Below, one piece after another: positions 14,426 to 28,700 of a stretch of DNA of 64,000 nt. The DNA is from Lophium mytilinum (Eukaryota): positions 372,001 to 436,000 of the forward strand of contig MU004190.1 in NCBI GenBank assembly GCA_010093605.1, in the 5' to 3' direction. The position numbers were made by a program, and so were the translations under genes. The notes below the pieces were generated by a model, which saw only the letters and a list, made by a program, of their open reading frames with translations, was not told the origin of the DNA and searched no databases. The first letter of the stretch is position 1; each line of letters starts with the position of its first letter.

Positions 14426-16314
14426 TCTATATATATAATAACCTCTAGCCTTAATTACTACTAAGAGAATACTAAGAAATAATATAATAGCTACCTACTA
14501 GAAAAGTATATAGCCTTTTAAGAGATTAAGCTACTATTATTAAAGCCTTTATTAATAAAATACGCGCTAAAGGCTTTATCTATTCTAGTTTATTATTATA
14601 CGCTGCCCCTATACTAGTAGTTAAGAAACTAGAAGAAGAACTCTATATTTATATAGACTATTATAGTCTTAATAAAATTAGTATTAAGAGCTATAATATA
14701 CCGCCGCTTATTAAAGATACCCTTATACTATTAGCTAAAGCTAGGTATTATACTAAGCTTAATATTATTAGCGTATTTAACGCCTTATATATTAAAGAAG
14801 ATAATAAATATAAAACCGCTTTTCTAACTTATTAGAGGCTATTTAAATTTATAGTCCTTCCCTTTAGCTTATATAACGCACCTAGTCTCTTTTAAGTATA
14901 TATTAATAATACTCTATAAGAGTACCTTAATAATTTCTATACTATATATATAGATAATATCTTAATATATAGTAATATACTAGAGAAATATAAGGCGCAT
15001 ATTTTTATAGTTATTACTAAACTCTATAATATAGGCCTATTCCTTAACATCTATAAATATAAATTTACTGTTAATAAAGTTAAATATCTTAGTATACTTA
15101 TTAGCGTTAATAGAGTCTAAATAGATCTAATAAAAGTCTAGATAGTACTAGACTAGCTAATGCTATAAAACCTTAAGAATATATAGGCGTTTCTTAGTTT
15201 CTATAATTTCTATTAATACTTTATAGCTAACTACTCCGCGTTTATAGCTCTACTAATAATACTAACCTTAGCTATATAAAAAGGCTTTAAATTTCTATAG
15301 TTAGATAATAGTAATAAGGTAAAGGCTTTTTATAATGTTAAGAAATATTTCTATATAGCCCTATAGCTTACACTATAGAACCTAGACTATAATACTTAGG
15401 TTAAGTCTAATTCTTTAGATTATACTATAGCTACTATACTATTATAAGTCTAGCCTAATAGAATACTTTACCTAGTTGCCTTTATATTATAATAGATAAT
15501 ACTATAATAGATTAATTACGCTATCTATAATAAAGAGCTTCTTACTATAGTACTTATATTTAAAGAATAGAAACTAGAGCTTACTAGGTAAGGCTAAGAC
15601 TATAATAGCCCGGTTAATATTATCTTAGATTATAAGAATCTCTAGACATTTATAACTTCTAAACAGCTTAACTAATAATAAGCCTAATAGGCTAAATTTT
15701 TTACTAAGTTTAACTTTAAGATTACCTATAAGCTAGGTAAGTAAAATAAAAAACCTAACTTACTAACTTAATAACTAGGTAATAAACTAGCCCTAGAAGA
15801 TAACTAATATAAATATTAAGAGTAAGTTATACTAAAACTAAGTAACTATAAACTAGAAATATACTATACTATTAAGCTTATATATATTCTTACTAATACG
15901 CTTAAATATACTTCTATTAAGCTAGTATAAATAATATATAACTTTAGTAAATTTAATTATCTAGAAAATAAAGGTATTTAGCTAGTAGTTATGCATATAC
16001 GCCCTCCGCCCGCTATCCTAGATAAGCTAAATAATTCTAGACTACGCGTTTATATATAAGGCCGCCCTAAGAAACTAATAGCCTTTTAAATAATAACTAC
16101 ACTAGATAAAATAAATAACTCTAGCCTAGCTTACCTATAAGGACAACCTAAGAAGAATAAAATACCTCTAGTAGATAAGTTATATAATTCTACTATTAAG
16201 AAACTACCTATAGATAATAAGCTAAATAATTTATCTAAAATAGTTCTTATAGGTAATTAAATTCTTTAAAGAATCTAAAAATACTTTAAAGGTAACCCTA
16301 TTATATAAGCTATT

Positions 16315-16324
16315 NNNNNNNNNN
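16315..16324. other. assembly gap (10 N)
   Basis: Run of 10 N inside element 3 pol. Confidence 1.
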
Positions 16325-18066
16325 CTAGGTAACTATAAAGTTATTAATAACCTTCTCTATATCTATAAGTAGCTCTATATTCTAGATATTAAATAACTAT
16401 ATACTTATATTATCTAATCTATATATAAACCTAAGCCTACTAGATATGCTAGAATAATATTAACCTATATATAACTCTATAAGTACTATTACTAGCTATA
16501 GATAATATCTTATATAGACTAGTATATTAGCGCCTATTTAGCTTATAAGAAATCTAAGTACTTCTAAGAAGGTAAATAGAGATTGCTTTACCTATTATCT
16601 ATTCTAGATTAGTATTAGTATTACATCTCTATTAACTTTATTACCCCTCTATCTATCTATAAGTAATAGGGCCGCAAGCTTAAATATATTATAGTTATTA
16701 TTAATTAATTCTCTAAAAAGAGAAAGTTTATAGCTATAGACTCTATAGAGGCTAAAGATATTACCTAGGTATTTATTAAATAGATATAGAGAGAAGAAGG
16801 ATATTTATACTCTATTATTTCTAATTAAGGCCCTTAATTTATCTTCTACTTCTAGAAGCGGCTATGCGCCTAAGTAGAAATAAAGCTAAAGCTATCTACC
16901 GCGTTCTACCTAGAAACTAATAGTTAAACGGAAATTACTAATATAGCTCTTAAGTAATACCTACGCGCGTATATTAATTATAAATAGGATAACTAGGCTA
17001 ACCTTCTCCCTATTACTAAGTTTAAAGCTAATTTAGATAAGATAACTACTAGTATCTCTCTATTTATAGCTATAAAAGAATATAACCTATACTCTAGTCT
17101 TAAACTAGCTAATAACTCTATTATTAAAGAACTATAGAAGCCCCTTAAAGAAAAGGCTAATATACTTATAGAGTAACTAAATAATCTTTACCTCTTTCTT
17201 TATAATAAGTTAATATAGGTTTAAGCTAGATAAGAAGAGTTTACTAATTAAAAATAGAAGCCGGCTATAGAGTTTAAAATTAGTAACTAAGTTATACTTA
17301 ATGCCTATAATATTAAGACCTAACGCCTAAATAAGTTACTTAACTATAAATAGCTTAGTCTATTTAAAGTTACTAGAGTTATTAATAACGCCGCCTATAA
17401 GCTATCTCTCCCGCGTACTATAAAGAAAGTATTTAATGCCTTTTATTTATAGCTACTTTATTATATTATATATAAGCCGCTAGAAGACTAGATCTAAAAA
17501 GAACCTAGACCTATTAAAATTAATAAAGAAGGCTATAAGTAATAGAATATTAATAAAATTATTAACTTGCGTATTAATAAGGCTATGCTTAACCTAGCTA
17601 TAAACTAAAAAGGCCTACTTTAGTATAAGATTCTTTATACTAGTTACTCTAAGTAGAATACTAATTCTTAATAGAAATTCTATACTAGTATTACTAACTA
17701 CTATAATATTATTATAGATTATTACTATATCTACCTAAAAGTAAAAGAACCCTATAAGTTCTTCTAGAAGCCTAAGCATTAGAAGCTGCTACTTACCCTA
17801 ATTATAATAACGCTCTATAGATAACGCCTATCCCCTATCTTACTAACTTAACTAGTACTAGCTAGCTAAGCTATTACTAATTTATATAAATTAGATAATA
17901 CTATACTATATAGACTATATAATAAAGCTTAGTAATATATATAAAATTAACTATATTACTAACCTTATATTTAAGGCTTAGTAAGTACCTACTATAACCT
18001 AGAAGAATAATAACTCTTTATATAACTATAAGACTAAAACTATAGTAAGTATATATACTAAAATAA

Positions 18067-21000
18067 AAAGGCTATATATATAGGGGACTAGTAATACTAT
18101 ACTAGGTTATTTCTCTATATATACCGTGCAATTCCTCCACGCACACCCCCCTCCCGTCTAATCTTCTAATTAGTCTAGAGGGCTCGGAATACTACTCCGG
18201 CGCTTTATAGTAAGGCTGTATAGCCTTCCTATTTTATTATATATTCTTACCGTTTTTAATAGACTATACTTAGCTGCGTGTAAGGCTATAGATAAGGCTA
18301 TAGATAAGGCTATATATATAGGCTATATATAAGGCTGTAGTTATAGTAAGGCTATATAGTATACCCGTTTTACTATATATACTTCTCGTTTCCTATAGTA
18401 TATATAGGCTATTATATTGCTATCTATATACCTATATACCTATAAGTATACTAAAATAGTTAAATTCTTACCTTATTACGGCCTTACTATATTAAACCTA
18501 GCCCCCCTATATTGCCCCTGCGCCCCTCTAGCTATTCTAATCTATTAACCCCTCTATATACTAATTATATAATGCTATCTAACGTTAGAGCTCCTTATAA
18601 GGAAGCAGCGGCTCCTTATAAGAAAGCAGCGCTGGCGCTGCTTAAGGCCGAGGAGCTAGCTAAGGCTAAGGAGCTGGCTAAGGCTAAGAATAAGCGCTAT
18701 TATAATGCTGCGCAGCCTCTCTCTATAGTACTACCTTCTTTCTAGGCGCCTTATTCTTTGCACTAGGTGGCCGGCTACGCTTCTTAGGTGCAGTAGGTGC
18801 AGTAGTAGGTGCAGTAGTAGGTGCGGGTATAGGTACGGGCGTAGGTGCGGGCGTAGGTATAGTAGTAGGGGGGGGCCTATATATTACTATATACTTAAAC
18901 TTAGACGGATTAGTAAGTAAATTATTAAATTCTATAATAGCTAGTATAGCCGTTAACTAAGAAGCACTATAAGTAATAGAACTAGGTAGATTTAGGCGCT
19001 AAGAGGCTAGTAAGTATTATAGAGCTATGCCTTATTATTCTTCCTATTTACCTCTATAAGCTATGCCTATAGTAATCTTAAATAAAGATAGTTCTCTCTA
19101 TATACTATTATATATATAGTGGCCCCTCTATACTATAGTAGGCCGGCCGCGCCGGCGCTTAATAATAGCAGGATTCTCTACTTAGCTAAAAGGTCTAAAA
19201 GGAATTACTAGTTATTGCATTTCTAGCTAAGTAAACTACTAATAGTAATCTATTTAATCTAGTTATATATAGTATACCGGATTAAGAGGATTAGCTAGCG
19301 CGCAATATAGAGGATTGTAAAGCTTATGCGCGCATAGCATGCTAAAGATAGAATAGAATATATGCGTGTAGTTAAGCGGGTTGTATTTATTTAATTTAGC
19401 CTTTTTTAATTGCTTCTTAAGTAGCTTTAAGCCCTGCGGCGTAACCACCTAGAATAGATTACGGAATTTAACCTCTTTAACCTTATAAGGAGTTCTGGCG
19501 TGCTATATTACCCTCTAGTTCTTATACCTAGAGCGGCTAGTAAGAATAAGGTTCTATATATTAAGGAGAATATTAAATAGATAGCTAGTTAACACCTAGA
19601 GGAAGCCCTTAAGCTAGCTATGCGCGCCCTTATTCCGCGATGTAACTCTATAAGAAATTAAGTTAGTATTATACACCTCTGCTACTTCTTTATTTCTTAG
19701 TTATTCTTTAAGCTATACTCTTATTCTCTTTAGTACTACTTATTTAGCACGTATATAGACCCCGTGCGAAGTTTAGGTATTAAATTTAGATATCTTAGTG
19801 TTAAGAAAAATTACTTATATAGTTCTAAAGTGCCGAGTTCTAGATATATAGTAAGTCGCCTATTTAAACCTACACGGCTACTATTCCTCTACTATATAGT
19901 CTATAAGGTTAGGCTACTCTTTATAGTTATTAAGTAGCTTCTTCTAAGCCTTATTAAACTGTGCTATGCTCTCCAGCTTTATTACAGCGGTCTAATAGGT
20001 AATGAAATTACTCTTTTTCTCCTACTATTTCTTCTTTTTAGCTGCCTGCTACTCTTCTATGTTATTCTCTATTAGCGCATTAGAATAGCCTATAGGGAAT
20101 ATTAGTTTCTTCTTATATATATTAACTAGCTTAGTATTAATATTCTTTTCTATATACTATATATAGAGGAGGCGCGCGACTCTAGGCTATTGCGCACGTA
20201 GTGCGTTTATTAGAGCTAGTTCCTTATCTATTAAGAAAACCCGTGGAGTAATAGAATAGCGCTTAAAAAGCTTAAAGAGCTATTATACCGCCTAGTTATA
20301 GTTAGCCTCCTTCTCTCTAGAAATAAAATAGTAGCTAATCTTATAGTTGTTGCTTGTGCAGGTAACGCCGGTAATATATAGAAAGGGTATACTAAATTAG
20401 TTTATTTTATAGGTGCAATCTATTAATATAATATTATAGTTTAATTAGAGGATCTTAATAGAATCTAGGTGCGTAAAGAAGAGGTAATTAATATAGTTCT
20501 GCGCATCCTTTATATAGCTGTATACGTACTTCTTCTCTTAGCTATTAGATAAAGGGAATGTAGATGTCTCCAGCGTATTAAGGAGCGCCTGGATAGGTAT
20601 AAGGCTACTAAGAAGCTTAGTTCTATACTTAGATTGCTTATTTTAAATATTATTAATGTTAATAGTAACTCTCTTTTTTAATAGCTTTGCGTACATTTTC
20701 TAAGGCCTAGAGCCACTTAATGCATCTATTTAAATAAGGCGATTTATTAATAATAAGCGCTTTCTATTACATGCGGCTGCCGTAGGTTTAAGTATAGAAG
20801 AATAATTATTATAAGCTTCTTCTACTATCTTCTATAGCTATACGCGCTTACTATTAACTCTAGAAGGCTGTAGAGTAAGTATACTGTTTATCTTATAGTC
20901 TACTTTATTAGTAGAGGTACTGCGTATATATATAGTAGACTCTATACTGCCCGCAAAGCAGCATTTAAACTAGATTTTTCTCTTCTCTTTCTACGCATTA

Positions 21001-21363
21001 GCTTTTAAGCGTAATTTTATAAGGCCGTAGCCCTGCGCCTTTACATGCTCCGTAAGCGCCTTAATAGCTTTCTCTAGGGTATTATATAGCCGTGCCGGGG
21101 GCGGTAGAAGGGCTATAGTAAGTATATTATAGAGGTAGAGGATAAGGGTGTAATTAATTATAGCCACGCCGCATTTAGTAAGAGCATTTAAAATTTATAA
21201 GTAACCTTAGCGAGCTAATTAGAGGCCTTAGAGCGACCCTCCGGGCCAATTAGAAGACTGGATGAGAAAGGGGGGGTAGAAGGGTGTGCGTGGAGAAATT
21301 GCACGGTGTGCGTGGAGGAATAACCTAGTATAGTATTACTAGTCCCCTATATATATAGCTTTC
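18067..21363 (-). mobile_element. Mutator-like DNA transposon (Hop-type) with long terminal inverted repeats, RIP-inactivated
   Basis: Left GCTATATATATAGGGGACTAGTAATACTATACTAGGTTATT... (18071 on) is the reverse complement of ...AATAACCTAGTATAGTATTACTAGTCCCCTATATATATAGC (to 21359). Minus-strand transposase relic from ~21117 (MALLPPPARL), DDE region ILMDCTYKTN..GMPFLHITGVT (~20430-20360), CxxH (~20160), SWIM-like CAHKL (~19330). No clear TSD. Confidence 0.92.
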
Positions 21364-22271
21364 TTTTAAAAGAGAGTAGTATTATAGCTATAATATAACC
21401 TTTATTATAATATATTTCTATTATAGGTAATAGTATTATATAGCTTTCTATTATATACTACTATTACTTAACCTTACTTAGCGCTAGCCTCGCCTACCTC
21501 TTAGCCGGCGCTCCGCGCCCTACTCTCTCTTCTTATAGCTACTTTATTATATACTTAATACTATCTAGTTTTCTATTATAATTCTATATTATACTATAAT
21601 AATTAAGGTATATATAAGTAGCTCTAGCTTTATAAACCTTAGATATTATACTACTATTCTATATAAATAGTAATTAACTACTAGAAGGGTAGATAATAGC
21701 TCTATTACTATATAAAAGATTAGTTTAATTAATAAAGATATTAGCGCTATACTTACCTTAGTAGTTAGATAATTAATTAGTATAACTATATAGGCGTAGT
21801 ACCTACTATAAGGGCTTTATTCTTCTATATAAGGTACCTAGTATAATATATATCTTAATTTCTTAAAGTAACTAGAATAATACTACTTAAGGTAATTACC
21901 TTAATTATAGCCCTTTATCTTAGAGAAAAAATAGAGCTCTAGTAGGCGCGCTATATAAAGAGAGCGCTTCTTAATAATAATACCTAGATAAGTATAGAAA
22001 ACTATACTAAGATATCTAAGTATCTATAGCGCCTTAAGGTAGTAAATTCTAGTACTATAACTAACCTCTATATTATTAATAACTAGTTCCACCGCGTCTT
22101 TATATATCTAGAGGAGAGTAGATAGTTTCTCTAGTATAGTAGCCTACTATAGATTAGCCTTAATAGTACTTATTAGCGTAATAGCTTTAAAGGTATTATT
22201 TTAATTACTATTAGTTAAGATATAAATAATAGGCTCTATTTTTTAGCTTAAGTAGTTATAGAGAGTAAGAG

Positions 22272-22456
22272 TATTAAGAAGGTAGAGTAAAAGGTATTCT
22301 ATTAGGCTAGAGCTACGGCGCCGTCTTAAAAATAGTAATAACTAAGGCCTATACTTATATAGGCTATATATATATACTATATAGTATATACTATTCTCTA
22401 TAAGCTTATATAAATATCCTCTAATATAAACGCCCGTAATAGCTGCAACTATAATA
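22272..22456 (-). repeat. 3' LTR of element 4
   Basis: Gap-free match to 30163-30347; I count about 13 differences, all C/T or G/A transitions. Confidence 0.95.
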
Positions 22457-22620
22457 ACTGCCGCTAATAGAAAAGATATTATTATTCTTAATAACTTTAT
22501 CTAAGAATATACCTAATATCTAAGCGCTAGTATAGAGATAGATAATAGTAATATAGAGGCCTAGCTAGTATATTTATAACTATAAGTAATAAAGGCTTAA
22601 GTATAATAAGAAGGGAATAA

Positions 22621-22730
22621 AGCTATAGCGGCCGGTAAAGCTATAGAGGCTAGTAAAGCTATAGCAGCTAGTAAAGCTATAGCGGCCGGTAAAGCTATAG
22701 TAACTAGTAAAGTTATAGTAGCTAGTAAAG
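22621..22730. repeat. 18-bp tandem repeat (AGCTATAGCGGCCGGTAA-like) in element 4 3' UTR
   Basis: About six RIP-diverged copies. Confidence 0.8.
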
Positions 22731-25700
22731 ACGTTATAGGTAACTATAATTAAATAATTAAGCTATAGTAATTAGCTTATAGGTAAGTAATTAAGCTATA
22801 GTAATTAGCTTATAGGTAAGTAGTATTATAGGTACTTATAATAGTAATAAAGGGCTTATAAGTAATAGAGAGCTTTAAGTTACTCTTATTTATATCTATA
22901 GGTGCGCCTTATTATAAGCTGTAGTTAGGTTCTTATTAATATTCTTCTTACGCGTCTATTAATTCTTCTTAGGGCTATATTCTTTCTACTTAACTAGGTA
23001 CTCTATAAACTACTTCTTTACTCGCCCTATAAGACGCTAGTAATAGCCTAGAAGGCGCTTTACTAAGTAGAAGGCGCCTATACTATTATTATAGTTATTC
23101 TTAATAGTAGTAGGTTAAGCGGGTTCTTCTCTATTATAGGGGTCCTTAATATTAGAGGCTAGTTTAAGTTATTCTACTAAGATAATAGGGTATATCTTCT
23201 AAGTAAGTAGTATATTAACCTTATATATATTCTCTCTAACTCTATATTTAATTATTCTAGGCCCTACTTATTATTAACTAAACTTTCTATATAGTTCTAG
23301 AATTTTAAAGCCCTTATAGAGTTAAATATATATTAAGTTACTAGCGTTTAGCTATAGCGCGCTTCTAGATTTATTAAAGTAGAGCTTTATATAAGCCGCG
23401 GTAAACGCTATAGTATTAGTAGCCTCTTATTACGCGGTCTTGCGGGCGTTTAAAAAGCTTAACGCTTCTAGGTTAAGGGTATTAACGTTAGTAATAGGGT
23501 TATAGGTAACGGGGTTATTAGGCTTATAGGTAATAGGGTTATTAGGCTTATAGGTAATAGAGTTATAGGTAATAGGCTTATAGGCAACGGGCTTATAGAT
23601 AATAGAGAGTAATAGTATTAGTAGCCCCTTATTTAGATAGAAGCTATAGATAATCTTATTAGAAGAATAACCTATAGATTAGTTAGTAGAGTTATTTAAA
23701 GATTCTTAAAGAGTTATTAAGAAGGCGGGCTAGTTATTACTATCTTATAATAGGTAGTAATAAATTGCAATTTCTATAGTTTAATTAGTTTATTTAAATT
23801 AACTATTAGTACGCGGGTAGTACGCTGTACTTATAAGAATCTTAGTGCCTAGCTTCTTAAATATAGCCTTCTAAAAGTTAAAGATAAACTTTCTATCTTA
23901 GTCTATAATTATTGCTGCTAGAACGCCCTAATCTATAAGAGCGTTAAGAATAAGGGCTGCCTAGTCTATAGTATTATAGGTATTCTTACTAGAAATTATA
24001 GCTATACGCTTTAAAAACTTACTTATAACTATTATAAAGAAGTTAAACTCTATAGCGCTATCTATTAGTAGGCTAATAATAAAGTCTATAGTAATAGTAT
24101 AAAATAGAATTAAAGGTATTTATATAGATATAAGCTCTCTATAGAGCTTATAATAGAGTATTATATTAACCTAGTAGGTTTTATAGTAGTTAATATACTA
24201 ATAGAGCCGCTATAATAGGTTTCTAATAAAGTAGGTAGCCTAGACGCGTTTATAGCTATAATAGAAGCCTATATAGAAGTAGATATTATAGTACTCTATA
24301 AATATATCGCCCTCTAGACTCTTAAGTATATATAGCCTAAGCTAACTATCTAGGGGGTTATTATAATAGAGTAGATCTCTAAGAAGCCTAAAAGAAATTC
24401 TAGATATAGACTCTATATCTATAAAAAGTATTATAATACCGGCCTAGTACTTATCTATTATATACGCCTTCTCTAATTACTAGTAAAAGTTATTAGTAAG
24501 CTTAATAGTAGTAGTATTATATATATAGAGGGCGCTAGTATTAGCCTAGCTATTATAAGTATTAGGGCTAGTAAGGGCGTTGGGGGTAATAAAGGCGTTA
24601 GGGGTAGTAAGAAAGAATAATAAGTTATCTAGGGTGTTTAACGTTAGGTCTCTAGGGTATACTATTATTAAGGGTAACTATAATAGCGCGTCCGGGACTA
24701 GGTACTATTTTCTAGGCCTATATTAAATATTAAGGCGGAACTATAAAAGATATTATAATACTTATATTAGGCGTATATTTAGCTTATTAACTACTAAAGA
24801 TATTAAGGCGGTTACTTAAGTAATTCTAAGAGTAGTAGCGTAGTCTATAATAATAACTATTAAAAACTTAGAGGCCTCTACTATATATTATATATATTAA
24901 ATAGTCTATACTAGGTAAGCTACTTTAAGCTTAGTAGGCTAGTAATTACGCTCTACTACTAATAAGAGCTTACTAAGGAATAGTATAGGCTAGATCTTAC
25001 TTTACTTAATATTATTAAGACTTTCTAGGTTGCCTATAATATAGTAGACTATAACGCTATAGCTATAAGCTTTAGACGCATTAATATTAGCGTATAGACG
25101 CCGGGAAATATTAAAGTAGACTAAAATTTTCTTTTTAGTAAACGCCTATTATAGGGCTTTATATAAGTTTTAAAGCTTTATATAATTATCTACCTATATA
25201 GTCTAGATATAATAGGCGCATACCTAGCCTATAATAGGCGTAGACTTAAGTAGCTAAGTCTTTTTAAGCTAAAGAGCCTTAGAGATTTAGGTGTAGTATA
25301 TAATATACTATTAAAGCTAGCTAGTAAGGCCTAGGTAGTACTTAAGGTCTCTTAGGTTAGCTAGAAATTAGAGGTTATAAATAGTAGTAAGCTTCTCTAT
25401 AGTTATAGAAAGCCTAAATATATTAACTTTCTACCCTAGTAGTATAAGAGAGAAGTACCTAATATATAACTTAGAGCCCTTAAGTATAATATTAAGCGCT
25501 ATTAGGGCTTTAAATAAGGCGCTTAGGTAAGAAATATAGTTATCTAAGAACTTACTATAGATAATAATATTATTAATATAGGCCTTATAAAAGCTTTAAA
25601 GGCTATAGGTTTATATAAGCCTATTAATCTATTACTATATATAGCTAGGGGAGTTATAGTAGCCTATAATAGTAATATTAAAGTATTTCTAGCTATAGTG

Positions 25701-28700
25701 TAATACTACTATAAATTTTAGATAGTCTTAAACGCGGACTAGCTACTAGTAGAAGAAGAACGCTATATTAAGTATAGAGATATATAGATAGCCTACTATA
25801 GTACCTATAAGTTCTTCTTATAGTAGTAAGGGGTATATATTCTTCTATATAGCTTTATTAAGGCCTTTAATATTAATAACTACGCGGCCTTTATAGGTGG
25901 AAACGCCGCCTATTATTATAGTTCTCTAGATAATAAATACTAGAAAGCTAAATTTAGAGCTGTTAGACTATTCTATATATTCTTACTTATATAGCTTATT
26001 AAATTTATTATTAATAAGGGCCCGTTTCTATAGTCTAAGAGGGTAAACGCGGTATATAAGCTTTACTCTAGAAGTATAAAGGTCTATAACTAAGGGAATT
26101 TATAGCTATTAATTCTTAGAAATATTAGCTAGCTTACCGTTATCTATAAAGACGGGCTTAAACTAATTAAGTAAGTTATTAAGTCTACTAGTAATAGCTG
26201 CGGACGTTGCATAGATAGTAATATTAAAGAAGCTAGCGTACTTATTATTAGGCTATAGAGTGGAAGGCGTTAAAGGCGTTAAAGGTATTAATAGTATTAA
26301 CGGCATTAAAGACGCCTTCTATAGAAGATTTACTAATATTAGCATTAGTATTAAGCTTATAGTAGATAGAGGCTTTATACTTAATAGACTTAAGTTTAAA
26401 GTTCTTAATATTACTTTTAAGAGGCTTATAGTTAAGGGCGCTATATATTTAACTAGCTCTATAAATATCTTAATCTACTCTATAGAGCTATTATAGGCGC
26501 TAAAGAAGAGAAAGCTATTATTAGGTCTCTATAATAGGGCTATCTAGATAGCTAGGCTATATTTCTTAGAGTCTACTAAGTAGGCTTCTTTCTTAGTATA
26601 GTCTATAAGTATACTAAGCCTAATATTATAGAGCACTATATAAAGGGCGTTTAATATATTCTAGATATAGATAAAAGCTATATTAGAGTCTATAATATAG
26701 GCGTAGGCGCCGCCCTTAGGCTCTAGAGTTATACTTAGAAAGCTTAGAGAGAATATATAGTTATAATCTACTAGAAGAGAATTAGATTTATATATAGTAA
26801 TAGAAACGCAGGCAACTAAGTTTACTAGAATAAGTATTATAGACTTTATCTTTAGTATTTATTAGACTTAAATATTACTATAAGTATATACTAAGATTAG
26901 GGCCTTAAGGTTTTTATAACTAGTAAGTTATAAATAGCGTATACTAAGGTCTAAAATTATACCCTCTAGATGCAGGACGTTAGTTCTAATAAAAAGGTTA
27001 GCGCGTAAGTAGTTAATAATATAGGCCTTAAATTAGATAACTATAACTACTATGCTTCCGCTGCTTAAATATTCTAGAATATATAAGGTAATAATATAAA
27101 ACTCTAATAATAGAACTAACTTATTACTAACGCTGTATACTATAATAGGCTCGTCTATTATCTAGATAAGTAGCTTATTAGGTTTAAGAGCGTTAATAAA
27201 ATTCCGGCTAATTAGTATTATAGTATTTCTAGAGTTGGGACTAATATTATAGAGGTTATAGATATTATTAGAGCTATAGATAATATTAATATTCTTACTA
27301 TTATAGACGGCTACTTTTATTATAGTATAGTAGTAGCTATAAAAGGCTAGCCCTATACTAATCTTATAGTTCCGGGTATTTAATATAACTAGCTTTACCC
27401 GTAGGCTTATAATTATCTAAGAGTTAATAATAGGGGCGTCTATAATAGGGGCGTCTATAAAAAGGGCGTTAGCGTTTTATTACGCGGAGCGTTTATAAAA
27501 TATTAGCTTATAGTCTCTATAAAGGTATTTATAGAGCTTAGTATTAAATATAAACTTAGCTTTATAGGTCTAATATTAGAACTACTATACTATAATAGGG
27601 GACGCGTTAATATTAATAAAGCCTAAGTTAATAATATTATAGGCGTTATTCTTATTATAGGCGTTATAATCTTTAGGGTAGCCGCTATAATTTTTATTCT
27701 AATAGCCTATCTAAGCTATAGTCTTATTAAGGCCTTCTTTTAACTCTTTAGAGCTATTTTATTATTTAACGTCCGTGTTATATATACTAACCTTAGGCTA
27801 CCTACTATACTAGTTAGGGCTAGTAAACTATCTTTAATTATTAAAGCTGCCTTATAGGGCGCCTTAATTATAAGAGGTAGAAGTATTATAGAAGCCTATT
27901 AAAGTATTACTACTTATTAACTAGAGAGGCTACTATAGGGCTAGAAGCTACTTTAGCGTAGAAGTCTACGCGGGGGCGCTTTCTTATAGAGGGCGCTAAT
28001 TATACTAGCTATACTATAGATAGCTATACTATAGGTTATATTAGCTAGGTAGGGCAGAGTTATTATTATAGTTATTATTATACTAGGGAGTATAAGTATT
28101 ACGGGTGTTAAAATAACTATAACTATAGCCGCCGTAATTAAAGCCACGCTAGAAGTTTAATAGCTAGAAAGTCTATTAGAAAGTATACTAACTATTATCT
28201 TTAAATATATTAGGGGGCTAAGATAATAATAAGTCTTCTAGATAGAGTCTAGAGAGCTAATACTACTACTTATACTTATTCTAGAGAGAATGTATAAATA
28301 ATAGTACTATTATAGTTACTATAGGCGCAGGTATATTACGCTAGAGTAATAGGGTAATTCTATTCTAAGTAAAGGTAAGCTAGTTAAGTGTGCTCTCTAG
28401 GTTAGAGGCCTATAATAGATGTATTATATTATAGATATAAAATAATATATTATACTAGCTTCTAGTATTATAGAGGGTATACTTAAATATAATAAGCTTA
28501 TTAAAAGTATTACTAAGAGGCGGCTTAAATTAGTTAACTAATATCTTATACTAGTTATTAATAGTACTATATTAGAGGCTAATCTTCTCTACTTTAAAGA
28601 GTCCTAAGGTATACTATTTAAGGGTGTCTTCTTATAAGGTCTAAGGTAGCTTACTCTTAATAATATTTTTGCCGCGTAATATAACATAGTTTTAAACGCA

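Larger units (their letters stand above)
14426..21601 (+). mobile_element. RIP-inactivated Ty3/Gypsy chromovirus (element 3, related to element 1), 5'-interrupted by element 2 and containing a Mutator insertion
   Basis: Begins inside the RT N-terminus (~14450); RT, RNase H, integrase and chromodomain run to ~17800 and are colinear with element 1. PPT-like AAAAGAGAGTAG at ~21368-21379, then putative 3' LTR 21380-21601 starting TATTATAGCTAT like that of element 1. Continuity crosses an assembly gap. Confidence 0.8.

Noticed and set aside
18058..21372. 9-bp TSD for the Hop-like Mutator
   Set aside because: Flanks CTAAAATAA and TTTTAAAAG do not match convincingly even allowing for RIP.
8344..28147. 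Short track ORFs in the AT-rich block (8344, 18512, 19263, 26260, 27953)
   Set aside because: Ile/Leu/Tyr-rich chance ORFs or residual frames of RIP-mutated TE genes, not functional genes.
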